Part shown: positions 9,343-19,593 of the stretch, one piece after another
Layout: the number at the start of each line of letters is the position of its first letter
Position numbering within the stretch: position 1 is the first letter of the stretch
IMG/VR virus record: IMGVR_UViG_3300001528_000272
Coordinates: 1 to 40,954 of that record
Strand: one strand, 5' to 3'
Source of the DNA: a virus
Length of the DNA stretch: 40,954 nt
Position numbers and translations under genes: made by a program
The notes under the pieces: model-generated
Database searches by the model: none
What the model was told of the DNA's origin: nothing
Seen by the model: only the letters and a program-made list of their open reading frames with translations

Positions 9343-9564
9343 ATGTTTGAAATCATAGATAGTTTATGTCAAAGATATTATTCTCTAAATCCTTTTATTA
9401 TATGGAATACACCAAGTGGAGAAGTATTTAAATTAATAAGAAGAATACAGAGAAGTAATAATTATAAAGAGGAAAATAATATTGAGCCTAACAATGCTCA
9501 GAATACTAATTCAACTTACAGGAAAAATGTTACTGGAAAGAGAGGTACTGGAGGTTGGATTTAA
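9343..9564 (+). CDS. gpT-like extension of the tail assembly chaperone, probably made as a -1 frameshift fusion
   Basis: Lies in the -1 frame relative to 8927-9319 with no intervening stop. Confidence 0.75.
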   Translation: MFEIIDSLCQRYYSLNPFIIWNTPSGEVFKLIRRIQRSNNYKEENNIEPNNAQNTNSTYRKNVTGKRGTGGWI

Positions 9565-9579
9565 CAAGGAGGTGATTGT

Positions 9580-12500
9580 ATGGCTAAAGCAAAAGAAGTA
9601 ACAACAAAGTTTAGAGTTGATTTGTCAGAATTTAAAAGTGGTATTCAACAAGCAAATAAAGACATTAAATTAGCAAATGCAGAATTTAAAGCAGCCAGTG
9701 CTGGTATGGATGACTGGAGTAAAAGTTCTGATGGTTTATCTGCAAAAATTGAACAATTAAATACAGTTTTAACAGCAGAGAAGAAGAAACTATCTATACT
9801 TGAACAACAGCAACAGAAAACCGTAGAAATGGAACGTAAGGCAGCAGAAGAAAAAGTTAAGTTAAAAAGACAAATTGACATTCATGAAAAGGCTTTACAA
9901 AATGTTATTGATAGATATGGTGAGCAATCAAAAGAAGTTGAAAATGCAAGAAAACATATCGACAAATTAAAATCTGAATATGATTCAGCAAACAAGGCTC
10001 AAAAAAATCATGCCAAAGCGATTGAAGATAATAATATTGCTATAAAAAAACAAGAAGCATCAGTTAAGGGAACAGAAAAAGAAATAAAGAATTATGGAAA
10101 CTCTTTAGATGATGTTTCTAAGGCTGAAAAAAAGGCTGCTAAAACTGGTAAATCAGTTGAAGAGAGCCTAAAAGAAATAGAACAAAGTGCTGATAAAACA
10201 GAAGGAAGTTTATCAAAATTATCTAAAGGATTAGGAAGTATTGCTAAAGCAGGATTAAAAGGGCTAGGTGCAGGTGTTACAGCACTTGCTGGAGGCTTTT
10301 TGGCAAGTGGGGCAGCAAGTCAAGAATTTGTAGAAGATATGGGTAAACTTGAAACAGCATTTACAACTTCTGGACATAGTGCCGAAGCAGGGAAAAAAGC
10401 CTATGAAGGTATGGTTGGTATTCTTGGCGAAACGGATCAATCAGTAGAAGCGGTTAACCATTTAGCAAAACTTACACAAAATGAAGAAGAACTTGCAAAA
10501 TGGACTGATATTGCAGCGGGTGTATATGCAACATTTGGTGATTCATTGCCACTTGAAGGATTAACAGAAGCAGCCAATGAAACAGCAAAAGTAGGACAAG
10601 TAACAGGACCACTTGCAGATGCACTTAATTGGGCTGGAATAAGTGAAGATGAATTTAATGAAAAATTAGCAGCATGTAATTCAGAGCAAGAAAGGTCAAC
10701 TTTAATTACTGAAACTCTTAATAAAACTTATGAAGAAGCAGCAAAAAAATATCAAGAGTTAAATGCTGATTTAATTGCTTCAAGACAAGCAACAAGTGAT
10801 TTTAATTCTGCAATGGCAGAAGTAGGAAAAGTAGCAATGCCAATCAATACACTAATAAAACAATTTGGTGCTGATTTATTAAACTCTTTAGTTCCTGGAC
10901 TTAAAGAAGCAGGTGAAGGATTAAAAGGATTATTTGCAGGTACAGAAGGAGCAGAAGAACAATTAAAAAATGGTATTCAAAAAGTTATTGATGGCTTGCT
11001 AGGAAAAATAACAGAAGCACTGCCAAAGATATTACAAGTTGGAGTTCAAATAGCAACATCTTTAATTCAAGGTATAGTTCAAGCATTGCCAAGTGTTTTA
11101 ACTACTATAATGGGCTTGATACCACAAATAACAGAAAGTTTATTAAGTATGTTGCCTATGCTAGTAGATGTTGGTGCTGATCTAATTAATGAATTATTAT
11201 ATGGAATGGGAACAATGATCCCACAATTAATAGTTCAAGTGATAGAAATAGTGCCAAAAATAATAGAAAATTTAGTTAATAATATTCCAATGTTAATTGA
11301 AGGTGCAACAGAATTTTTTATGGCAATAGTGGAAGCAATTCCAACAGTAGTTCAAGCACTAACCACTGCTTTACCACAAATAATAAAATCAATAATAGAT
11401 GGATTATTACAAGGAATACCTGATTTACTTCAAGGTGCTTTAACTCTATTGGATGGAATAATTCAGGCTATACCTCAAATAATACCACCATTAGTAGATG
11501 CCATACCAACGATAATTAATACATTGATAAGTGGTTTAGTTCAAGGAATACCAATGTTAATTGATGGAGCAATTCAATTATTAAATGCAATAATTCAGGC
11601 TATACCTACAATAATTCAAGAATTAAGCAAGGCATTGCCTACAATAGTAACAGCAATTATTGATGGATTAGTTGCAGGAATACCAGCATTAATACAAGGA
11701 GCATTACAGTTACTTCTTGGAATAGTTGAAGCAATACCACAATTAATTGCAGCATTAATACCAGAAATTCCTACTATAATTTTAGCAATAGTTGAAGCAT
11801 TAGCAAGCAATGCACCTAAAATATTTGAAGTTTCAATTTCAGTACTTATGGAAATAGTAAAGGCTGTTCCAAAGATAGCAATAGCACTTGCAAAAGCAGT
11901 TCCTACAATAATCGCAGCATTTATGAAGAAGTTTGTAGAATTACCACCAAAAATACTTAATACATTAGCAAACATTATTAGTAATGTTATTGATTGGGGT
12001 GTTGATTTTGCGACAAAGGCAAAAGAAAGTGCCATAAATTTTGTTGAAAATGTTATCACCTTTATTAAAGAATTGCCATCAAAAATTAAAGAGTGGTTCG
12101 ATAACACTATTGAAAAAGTTGTTGAGTGGAAAGATAACATGGTTCAAAATGCAAAAGATGCCGCTAATAATTTTGTAACTAATGTTATAAACAAAATTGC
12201 TGAATTACCAGGAAAAGCACAAACTGCTATAACAGATTTTATTAATAAAATTAAAACCATGATAACTGATGTTGATTGGGGACAATTAGGTTTAGATATA
12301 GTAAAAGGTATTGTTAATGGTATGAAAAATATTGGTTCTTCAATTTGGTCAGGTGTTAAAGATGTTGGTGGTAAAATTAAAGATGGATTTAAAGACTTCT
12401 TTAGAATACACTCACCTTCAAAAGTTATGGCTGATGAAGTAGGAAAGTATTTAACAATGGGTATTAGTGAAGGTGCTATTGATGAAGTTGATGATGCTAA

Positions 12501-12732
12501 AAAAGAAATAAACAAAGCATTAAATAAAATGGTTAATCAAATTAATCTTCCTAGTTTAGATTTAAATTCAAATGTAGCAGGTAGTAATCAACAAAATGCT
12601 TCAAATAGTAGAACTGTTAATAATTATTATAATTTCAATCAAACAAATAATTCACCAAAACCATTAAACAGATTAGAAATATGGAGACAATCTAAGAATT
12701 TATTAAATTCAAAGGGAGGTAGTTATGTATAA
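9580..12732 (+). CDS. Tail tape measure protein
   Basis: 1050 aa, coiled-coil N-terminus, hydrophobic repeats, C-terminal FFRIHSPSKVMADEVGKYLTMGISEGA. Confidence 0.95.
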   Translation: MAKAKEVTTKFRVDLSEFKSGIQQANKDIKLANAEFKAASAGMDDWSKSSDGLSAKIEQLNTVLTAEKKKLSILEQQQQKTVEMERKAAEEKVKLKRQIDIHEKALQNVIDRYGEQSKEVENARKHIDKLKSEYDSANKAQKNHAKAIEDNNIAIKKQEASVKGTEKEIKNYGNSLDDVSKAEKKAAKTGKSVEESLKEIEQSADKTEGSLSKLSKGLGSIAKAGLKGLGAGVTALAGGFLASGAASQEFVEDMGKLETAFTTSGHSAEAGKKAYEGMVGILGETDQSVEAVNHLAKLTQNEEELAKWTDIAAGVYATFGDSLPLEGLTEAANETAKVGQVTGPLADALNWAGISEDEFNEKLAACNSEQERSTLITETLNKTYEEAAKKYQELNADLIASRQATSDFNSAMAEVGKVAMPINTLIKQFGADLLNSLVPGLKEAGEGLKGLFAGTEGAEEQLKNGIQKVIDGLLGKITEALPKILQVGVQIATSLIQGIVQALPSVLTTIMGLIPQITESLLSMLPMLVDVGADLINELLYGMGTMIPQLIVQVIEIVPKIIENLVNNIPMLIEGATEFFMAIVEAIPTVVQALTTALPQIIKSIIDGLLQGIPDLLQGALTLLDGIIQAIPQIIPPLVDAIPTIINTLISGLVQGIPMLIDGAIQLLNAIIQAIPTIIQELSKALPTIVTAIIDGLVAGIPALIQGALQLLLGIVEAIPQLIAALIPEIPTIILAIVEALASNAPKIFEVSISVLMEIVKAVPKIAIALAKAVPTIIAAFMKKFVELPPKILNTLANIISNVIDWGVDFATKAKESAINFVENVITFIKELPSKIKEWFDNTIEKVVEWKDNMVQNAKDAANNFVTNVINKIAELPGKAQTAITDFINKIKTMITDVDWGQLGLDIVKGIVNGMKNIGSSIWSGVKDVGGKIKDGFKDFFRIHSPSKVMADEVGKYLTMGISEGAIDEVDDAKKEINKALNKMVNQINLPSLDLNSNVAGSNQQNASNSRTVNNYYNFNQTNNSPKPLNRLEIWRQSKNLLNSKGGSYV

Positions 12733-13585
12733 ATTAATTATTGAAAATTCAAAAGGCGAGCAATTAAGTCTTACACAAAACGAAGAAAATTATGTTGTTT
12801 CAAAAATTGATGGTTTAACTCCTCCTGCTGCCTCTATTTCACAAGTTGATAATATTGGTGATGGTGCTGAAATAACACACGAGAGAACAGGGACAAGAAA
12901 TATTGTTATTGATATGTATATTAAAGGCAATGTTGAAGAAAATAGAATCAATCTATACAACTATGTTAAAAATGGTAAATATATAAAAATCTATTTTGAA
13001 AATGAAAATAGAAATGTATGGATAGATGGAAATGTTGAAAGTTTGACAATAGATCAATTTCAAATGCTAACAACTTGTCAAATATCAGTTCTATGCCCTG
13101 ATGTATGGTGGAAAGATGTAGAAGAAATGATTAATAGTATAGATACTGTTAAAGGAAACTTTTATTTCCCATTTTATAGAGTTAATCCTGAACCATTTAG
13201 TACATATGAAACTATACAAATATTAAATTTAATAAATAAAGGCGATATTTCTAGTGGAATGGAAATTGAAATATTTGCAAGGGGAACTATAGTAAATCCT
13301 ATGATTTATAACAGAGAAACGAAAGAGTTTATAGGATTAGGAACAACTGAAAAACCATATACACTTCAAAGTGGAGATAGAATAATTATAACAACATATA
13401 CAAATAACAAAAAAATTAAATTGATAAGAAATGCAGAAGAAACAAATATATTTAATTACTTAACTCCAAACAGTAAATTTTTGCAAGTAGGAGCAGGGGA
13501 TAATATATTCACTTATTCTGCTACTAGTGGTAATGAATATATAAATATAACATTCAAACACTATTCAAATTATGAGGGTGTTTAG
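12725..13585 (+). CDS. Distal tail protein (Dit-like)
   Basis: Follows tape measure; N-term YKLIIENSKGEQLSLTQ, NVWIDGNVESL. Confidence 0.75.
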   Translation: MYKLIIENSKGEQLSLTQNEENYVVSKIDGLTPPAASISQVDNIGDGAEITHERTGTRNIVIDMYIKGNVEENRINLYNYVKNGKYIKIYFENENRNVWIDGNVESLTIDQFQMLTTCQISVLCPDVWWKDVEEMINSIDTVKGNFYFPFYRVNPEPFSTYETIQILNLINKGDISSGMEIEIFARGTIVNPMIYNRETKEFIGLGTTEKPYTLQSGDRIIITTYTNNKKIKLIRNAEETNIFNYLTPNSKFLQVGAGDNIFTYSATSGNEYINITFKHYSNYEGV

Positions 13586-14636
13586 TATGGAAGTTATTGT
13601 TGTAAATAAGAACTTTGAAAGACTTGGGATAATAGATAATGCAAGTGTTATTTGGTCTAGTAGGTACTATAAAACAGGTGAATTTGAATTATATATGGCA
13701 TTAACACAAGATAAATTAGACTTAATATTAAATGGTTACTATATTGTCAGAGATGATGACGAAGATAATATTGGTGTTATTGAAAAGATACATCTTGAAA
13801 ATGAACCAGAAACAGGAGATATGATAACTGTAACTGGAAGGTTTGCGAGCGGTAAAGTTCTAGGATCAAGGATAGTATCTCAACAAACACAATTGTATGG
13901 AGACTTACAGGATAATATAAGAAATTTAGTTTATATAAATGCTATCAATGCAAGCAATCCAAAAAGAAATATCAGTTTTCTTGAATTAGGAAATATAGAT
14001 AGTTCTATTAATGAAAAAATAGAAATGCAAATAACTGGAGCAAATTTACTGGAAAAAATAGAGGAAAATTGTGAAGCAAATGGTTTGGGATTTAAAATGC
14101 CTTTGCGAAATGGAAAATTATATTTTGAAATGTATAAAGGAGTAGACAGATCCTATAACCAAACTAAAAATTCTTGGATAGTTTTTTGTGATGAATACGA
14201 TAATTTGAAAAAATCCGAATATGATAATGATGTAAGTACTTATACTAATTATGCTTATGTTGCTGGTGAAGGAGAAGGTTTATCAAGAAAAATAGTAGAA
14301 GTCTATAATACAAGTTCTGAACCTTCTGGAATTGACAGAAGCGAAATTTGGGTGGACCAAAGAAATATAAGTTCTAACAATGAAGATATAACTGAAACAG
14401 AATTAGAGAGCCAAATGAAAGATGAAGGGTTAGATAAATTAGCCTCAATAACAGTCGCATTTGCTGGAGAAGTTATATTAAAAGGATTTAAATATAAAGA
14501 GGATTTCAAATTGGGCGATATTGTAACCATAAAAAAAGAGAGTTGGAATGGCATATATATAAATGCAAGAATAATTGAAGTTATAGAGAGTGAAGATCAA
14601 GACGGAAAAGTTATAACATTAACTTTTGGAATATAG
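13572..14636 (+). CDS. Tail-associated protein (Gp37-like / tail lysin N-domain)
   Basis: Order after Dit; FERLGIIDNASVIWSSRYYKTGEFELYM. Confidence 0.7.
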   Translation: MRVFSMEVIVVNKNFERLGIIDNASVIWSSRYYKTGEFELYMALTQDKLDLILNGYYIVRDDDEDNIGVIEKIHLENEPETGDMITVTGRFASGKVLGSRIVSQQTQLYGDLQDNIRNLVYINAINASNPKRNISFLELGNIDSSINEKIEMQITGANLLEKIEENCEANGLGFKMPLRNGKLYFEMYKGVDRSYNQTKNSWIVFCDEYDNLKKSEYDNDVSTYTNYAYVAGEGEGLSRKIVEVYNTSSEPSGIDRSEIWVDQRNISSNNEDITETELESQMKDEGLDKLASITVAFAGEVILKGFKYKEDFKLGDIVTIKKESWNGIYINARIIEVIESEDQDGKVITLTFGI

Positions 14637-14648
14637 GAGGTGTTTTAA

Positions 14649-16265
14649 ATGGAAACAAATTTAAAAGCAGGCTATTTTAATGCATTAATGACAGATAACA
14701 CGCCAGATAGAGTTTACAATGCAGAAGATGTAAATGAAAGATTTAAAGGTTTGGTGTCAGAAACTGGAGTTTTTGCAACTGTATCTAATGCTTGCCAAGT
14801 AGTTCCTGGTACTAGTGGACTTAAAGTAATTGTTAAGTCTGGTAGAGGATATGTCGATAACCATTATTTTGAAATTGAAAGTGATACTGAAATTACATTA
14901 ACAGCAGCAGATGTAATTTTGGATAGATATGATGCAATAGTAATAAGAAAGAGTTCAACTAATAGAAATATAATATTAACAGTTAAAGAAGGTACACTAG
15001 CAACTAATCCAACATATCCAACAATCACTAGAACAAACGACATTACAGAAATATTTTTAGGATATGTAAGGGTAAGTAAAAATGCAACTTCAATAACTGC
15101 TGCAAATATAACTGATACTAGACCAGATAATGATGTTTGTGGTTGGATAACAGGATTAATAAATCAAATGGATACAACAACATTATTCAATCAATATCAA
15201 GCAGCACAAGAAGATTTTATTAATAATCAAACAACAAATTTTAATGATTGGTTTGATGATATTAAAGATACAGTAACAGCAACAAGTTTATATAGAGAAT
15301 ATCAGGCAGTATATAGAAGTAATACAATAGGTCAAACAACTATAACTATACCTACTTCAATTAACTATGTTAATAATGGCTTAGATGTTCTTAATGTGTT
15401 TATAAATGGAATGAGACTATTAAAAGATGTTGAATATACAATCAATAGTACTGGAACAGCAATTACATTAACAACTCCTCTAGATGTAGCAACACAAGAT
15501 GTAGAATTTGTTAATAAAAAATCAGTAAGTGGAACAGCAGCAGAAAGTGTAGTAGTCCAAGTTGAAGCATTAGAAGATAAAGTTGATAAATTAGCAAGTT
15601 GCAGTTATATAGCAACTGGTTCTAGTGACAATATAGCATTATCAAATATAGTAAAAAACTTCTTAAATGGAACAGGAGATTATTCAAGTGCAGCAAATAA
15701 TGCTTCAATGAAAATATCAGTAAGTGGATCTTTAGGAGTAGATACCTTAATAGAAAATCAAACGATATTTGATTTTACTAGAACAACATCTTCTAATAGA
15801 AGTGTCATATTAGATTTTGGTAATGCGACAATCAATATACCAGGAAGCCCTTCAACTGTTCAAAGTATATTTGTAGTATTTAATTGTGGTCCTGGAGTAA
15901 CCATAGAAAATGCAAACATAGTAATAAATACATACAATGCAAATACTATCTATGGCGTCCATGGTGGAATAGTAAGAAATAGCAAAATAAAAATTTCTAA
16001 CGGAACAGCAGGTATAATATATGGTATTTGGGGTGCTGATGAATTGTCAAATTCAGAAGTAACAATAGATGGTGGTACTGCAACTGGTATGTCTCAATAT
16101 GGTGCATATAGTACAGATTTAGTATGTTTTAATCGAATATATGTTACTGGGAAATCAAATACTAGTATTTATGCTACTGCTGGAAGAATTATTGGAAATG
16201 AATATAGTGGAACATTAAATATTGATTCATCAGCCGTCAATTTAGGAAATTATGGTATCAACTAA
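14649..16265 (+). CDS. Baseplate/receptor-binding protein with beta-helix-like C-terminus
   Basis: N-term baseplate-like region; C-terminal repeated short N/G/I-rich beta strands. Confidence 0.65.
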   Translation: METNLKAGYFNALMTDNTPDRVYNAEDVNERFKGLVSETGVFATVSNACQVVPGTSGLKVIVKSGRGYVDNHYFEIESDTEITLTAADVILDRYDAIVIRKSSTNRNIILTVKEGTLATNPTYPTITRTNDITEIFLGYVRVSKNATSITAANITDTRPDNDVCGWITGLINQMDTTTLFNQYQAAQEDFINNQTTNFNDWFDDIKDTVTATSLYREYQAVYRSNTIGQTTITIPTSINYVNNGLDVLNVFINGMRLLKDVEYTINSTGTAITLTTPLDVATQDVEFVNKKSVSGTAAESVVVQVEALEDKVDKLASCSYIATGSSDNIALSNIVKNFLNGTGDYSSAANNASMKISVSGSLGVDTLIENQTIFDFTRTTSSNRSVILDFGNATINIPGSPSTVQSIFVVFNCGPGVTIENANIVINTYNANTIYGVHGGIVRNSKIKISNGTAGIIYGIWGADELSNSEVTIDGGTATGMSQYGAYSTDLVCFNRIYVTGKSNTSIYATAGRIIGNEYSGTLNIDSSAVNLGNYGIN

Positions 16266-16284
16266 TAGAAAGGAGAAAATATAA

Positions 16285-16626
16285 ATGGATACGATTTTAG
16301 CAGGAATACAAAATAATATATTGGAAATTATAAATTTAATTCTAGTGGGAGTATTTACCTATTTAGGAACAAGAATAAAGAAACTTTATGAAAAATATGT
16401 CAATGATAAAACAAAAAAAGAAGTAGTAAAAGCAACAGTAGAATATGTAGAACAAATTTGTTCTACACTAGATGTAAAGAAAACTAGCCAAGAAAAGTTT
16501 AACCAAGCAAAAGAAAAATCAATTGAGTGGCTAAACGAAAAAGGTATTGATATTAGTGAAACAGAACTAGAGATATTAATTGAAAGTGCAGTTAATGCAT
16601 TGAAAGCGAGTGTTTCTAATGAGTGA
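16285..16626 (+). CDS. Phage holin (LL-H-like)
   Basis: N-terminal TM, EVVKATVEYVEQICSTLD...KFNQAKEKSIEWLNEKGI. Confidence 0.8.
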   Translation: MDTILAGIQNNILEIINLILVGVFTYLGTRIKKLYEKYVNDKTKKEVVKATVEYVEQICSTLDVKKTSQEKFNQAKEKSIEWLNEKGIDISETELEILIESAVNALKASVSNE

Positions 16627-16831
16627 TACTGTTATAGTAGGAGCATTAAGTTTTGCAGGAACTTGTATAGGATCACTAGCAGGAATAAATTTAATAAAAT
16701 ACAGAATAGAACAATTAGAAAAAAAGGTAGAAAAGCATAACAATGTAATGGAAAGAACTTTTATATTGGAAGAAGATTTTAAAAACATAAAAGAAGATGT
16801 AGAGGAATTAAAAAGAACTAGTAGAATCTAG
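16610..16831 (+). CDS. Small membrane/coiled-coil lysis accessory protein
   Basis: TM then IEQLEKKVEKHNNV; overlaps holin; ATG at 16622 also possible. Confidence 0.6.
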   Translation: MFLMSDTVIVGALSFAGTCIGSLAGINLIKYRIEQLEKKVEKHNNVMERTFILEEDFKNIKEDVEELKRTSRI

Positions 16832-16841
16832 TTCTTTTTTT
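16811..16841 (+). terminator. Rho-independent terminator of the late operon
   Basis: AAAAGAACTAG-TAGAAT-CTAGTTCTTTTTT. Confidence 0.88.
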
Positions 16842-16866
16842 AGTGGTTTTTATTAAAATGTAATAA

Positions 16867-16950
16867 ATTGTAAAAAATGTAAATTATTACTTGACATATA
16901 TAATAATATATGCTATAATAGTATTGTAATTAAGGAAGGAAGGATAAAAA
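16867..16950 (+). promoter_or_regulatory. Strong sigma-A-like promoter and leader, copy 1 (TTGACA-17-TATAAT)
   Basis: TTGACA 16891-16896, TATAAT 16914-16919; leader repeated at 20351-20429. Confidence 0.88.
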
Positions 16951-17034
16951 ATGAAAACAAAAACAAAGAATATTTTAGGAGTAGTAATTTTCTACTTAGA
17001 GATAGCAATATTTACATATTTGTTAGTTAGATAA
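16951..17034 (+). CDS. 27-aa membrane peptide
   Basis: MKTKTKNILGVVIFYLEIAIFTYLLVR; AAGGAAGGA RBS. Confidence 0.55.
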   Translation: MKTKTKNILGVVIFYLEIAIFTYLLVR

Positions 17035-17044
17035 GGAGAGAGTT

Positions 17045-17167
17045 ATGTTAAAAGAAATATTAAAGAGATTAGAATTAATCAAGAAAGAAGAGCAAATAGA
17101 GGCTAGGGAATTAACGGTTGAAGAAAAATTGGAACTAAGAAAGATGTTTCCAAAGATTGGAGAATAA
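17045..17167 (+). CDS. Small charged protein, 40 aa
   Basis: Read from sequence. Confidence 0.45.
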   Translation: MLKEILKRLELIKKEEQIEARELTVEEKLELRKMFPKIGE

Positions 17168-17172
17168 AAGAA

Positions 17173-17289
17173 ATGAAAAGAATAATAAGAGGTTTATTAA
17201 AAAATTACATGTTAAAGGATAAAGATTTTATACCAATATATACAGGAGAAGAATTAATAGCATTTGAATATAGGAAGATAGAAGAATAA
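17173..17289 (+). CDS. Small protein, 38 aa
   Basis: Read from sequence. Confidence 0.4.
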   Translation: MKRIIRGLLKNYMLKDKDFIPIYTGEELIAFEYRKIEE

Positions 17290-17316
17290 TTAAAAGGAAA
17301 AGGAAAGGGAAAAAAG

Positions 17317-18048
17317 ATGAAAAGGGAAAATAATACAAAGGGGGCAAATAGTAGAGTTGTAAGATATTCTAAAAAAAATAGGTTGAAAAGAAAGATCAAA
17401 AGAAGTTTAAAAAAAGTTGGATTAAATTTACTAAGGAACATTATTTGTTTGATTGTAGGTTTGGTATATGCAGCATATTTATTAATTAGAGGATTTAATA
17501 ATTTAATTGCTAAATTATTTATGAAACTACCAAGAATAACAAGAGTATCAATTATTTATTTATTGATATTAGGAACTGGACTAGCATTAAAAAATTCATT
17601 TAAAGGTATGGAATTTGAAATAAGCACAAACATATTTGAAAGAGTGGGAGTTCCAGTAGTAGTAGAAGGGAAATGCACAAGAGAACATGAAACATCTTGC
17701 AAGATAGAAGAAAAAGGAAAAGAATTAGGATTAACAAAAGAGCAGATAAACATAAGCATAGCAATAAGCAGATGGGAAACAGGAACTTATACTAGCAATC
17801 TATTTTTAAATAGCAACAATCTCGGAGGATTTTATAGAAATGGTGCTTTTGTTGAATATGAAACATTAGAGGAAGGCATTGATGATTATATAAGAACCTT
17901 AAAATATTGTTATTTTGATAAAGGGTTAACCACATTAGAACAAATTAAACTTACATATTGCCCTGATGGAGTAGACAACGATCCTAACAATTTAAATCCA
18001 AATTGGTTGCCTGGTGTAAAAAAAATGTATGAATTGGAGGCTAAATAA
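17317..18048 (+). CDS. Putative membrane-anchored endolysin (glucosaminidase/lysozyme-like)
   Basis: N-terminal hydrophobic segments, C-terminal ISRWETGTYTSNLFLNSNNLGGFYR...NPNWLPGVKKMYEL. Confidence 0.7.
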   Translation: MKRENNTKGANSRVVRYSKKNRLKRKIKRSLKKVGLNLLRNIICLIVGLVYAAYLLIRGFNNLIAKLFMKLPRITRVSIIYLLILGTGLALKNSFKGMEFEISTNIFERVGVPVVVEGKCTREHETSCKIEEKGKELGLTKEQINISIAISRWETGTYTSNLFLNSNNLGGFYRNGAFVEYETLEEGIDDYIRTLKYCYFDKGLTTLEQIKLTYCPDGVDNDPNNLNPNWLPGVKKMYELEAK

Positions 18049-18308
18049 TGGATGAATTAATTTTGTCATTAAAGAAATTCAACAAACAATTAAAAGAAGA
18101 AAAGATAGAACTTATATCTGACAAAAAGGAACTTAGAGAAGAAAATAAACAATTATCCAAAGAAAATAAAAAACAAAAAGAAGTAATTAATAAAGCAATA
18201 GACTATATAGAAAATTTGGTGTTTTGGTATGAGGAATATGATGATATTTGCAGTTTAGAAGATAAATTTATAAATGAATTATTAGATATATTAAAAGAGG
18301 TGAAATAA
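18048..18308 (+). CDS. Coiled-coil paralog family member (xxAIDYIEN...LLDILKEVK)
   Basis: Shared C-terminal signature. Confidence 0.6.
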   Translation: MDELILSLKKFNKQLKEEKIELISDKKELREENKQLSKENKKQKEVINKAIDYIENLVFWYEEYDDICSLEDKFINELLDILKEVK

Positions 18309-18577
18309 TGGAAGATTATCAATATAAAAGTTTAACAGAAACAATTGAAAAATTAAAAGAAGAAAATGAAAAGTTAAACCAATTAAAAACAGAATATCAT
18401 GAAACAATGTTAGATTATAGAATGGCATATTTAAAACAAAATAGTAAAATCAGCGAAGCAATAGAATATATAGAAAATCATCAACTAGTATTTAGAGACC
18501 ACACAACAGAAGAAATAGATGAATGGTTTAATCAATTCTATATAGATATATTAGATATATTAAAAGAGGTGAAATAA
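18308..18577 (+). CDS. Coiled-coil paralog family member
   Basis: AIEYIENHQ...DILDILKEVK. Confidence 0.6.
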   Translation: MEDYQYKSLTETIEKLKEENEKLNQLKTEYHETMLDYRMAYLKQNSKISEAIEYIENHQLVFRDHTTEEIDEWFNQFYIDILDILKEVK

Positions 18578-18813
18578 TGGCTAAAAAAGACACTGATAAG
18601 ATAGATTGGTTAATGACTTTTCCTAGATATAGAAGATTAGTAAAAGCACATAATACAGCAATAGATATGAATGCAGATCTAAGGAAGAATTGGAAAGAAC
18701 AAATAATAGTTAACGATAATCTTAAAGATAAAATTAAAAAGCAGAATAAATTGATCTACAAGTTAAGAAAGGAACTAAAGAATGAAAAAGGAAATAAGGG
18801 ACAAAAGATATAA
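18577..18813 (+). CDS. Coiled-coil hypothetical protein
   Basis: ORF, coupled start. Confidence 0.5.
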   Translation: MAKKDTDKIDWLMTFPRYRRLVKAHNTAIDMNADLRKNWKEQIIVNDNLKDKIKKQNKLIYKLRKELKNEKGNKGQKI

Positions 18814-18961
18814 ATTACAGAATCAGTGGGGTTTGTTAAGAGGATTAGCATTAGATAGTAATAAAAATGATGCTGCAAAGTTAAGAAAAGAAGAAGATAA
18901 AATTTATAAAAAATGGTTGTTTTATGACAATATAATTAAAAAAATGGAGGGTAGTAAATGA
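18782..18961 (+). CDS. Hypothetical protein, 59 aa, not in supplied track
   Basis: MKKEIRDKRYKLQNQWGLLRGLALDSNKNDAAKLRKEEDKIYKKWLFYDNIIKKMEGSK; stop overlaps next ATG. Confidence 0.55.
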   Translation: MKKEIRDKRYKLQNQWGLLRGLALDSNKNDAAKLRKEEDKIYKKWLFYDNIIKKMEGSK

Positions 18962-19146
18962 AAAAAAGCCAAATATTAATAGTAACATTTAGTGTTGCTT
19001 TTGGAATGGGGTGTTTTGTAATGTGGATGATGTTTATGATAATGTCTGATGATTTGAATAAAAAAATAGCAGATTATGAAAATTATATAAAAGAATTAGA
19101 ATGGGAAAATGAAAATAATTATATGTATTGTGAGGTGATAGAATGA
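18958..19146 (+). CDS. Small single-TM protein
   Basis: KSQILIVTFSVAFGMGCFVMWMMFMI. Confidence 0.5.
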   Translation: MKKSQILIVTFSVAFGMGCFVMWMMFMIMSDDLNKKIADYENYIKELEWENENNYMYCEVIE

Positions 19147-19370
19147 ATAAATTAATAGTTGTGTTGACTACAGCAATAGCAGTAGTAAGTATTATAGCAT
19201 TAGGATTTGCTATTATGATGATTGAAAACTTAAAAGAAAGACTATATATACAAGATAATTACATTAGGCAATGTTATGAGGTGGAAAATGAAAAAGTTAT
19301 CTACAACTAAAAAAATATTAATGGCATTATCATTAATTTTAATATGTATTAGTTGCTATTTGTTGGGTAG

Positions 19371-19592
19371 GTGCTGGTAGTGAAAACAACAATAGGGAAG
19401 AGAACAGAAGAAGAATATAGAAAAGCACTTCAAGAACAAGGGAAAGCACTTAAAATATTAAATAAGATTATAAGAGAAAGAGATGAAAAAATATTAGAAT
19501 TAAATAAGCAAATAAGTTTTTTGAAAAATATGAGAAAGAACTGTATTTATAAAGGAAAGGTTTATTACGACATATATAAGGAGGAAAAATAA
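19371..19592 (+). CDS. Small coiled-coil protein
   Basis: ORF with coiled-coil character. Confidence 0.45.
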   Translation: MLVVKTTIGKRTEEEYRKALQEQGKALKILNKIIRERDEKILELNKQISFLKNMRKNCIYKGKVYYDIYKEEK

Positions 19593-19593
19593 A

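Noticed and set aside
12600-12612. TTCAAATAGTAGA in the tape measure gene (also 40014-40026 and TTCAAATAGTGAA at 3658)
   Set aside because: One mismatch to the motif and within coding sequence; not counted as members of the regulatory set.
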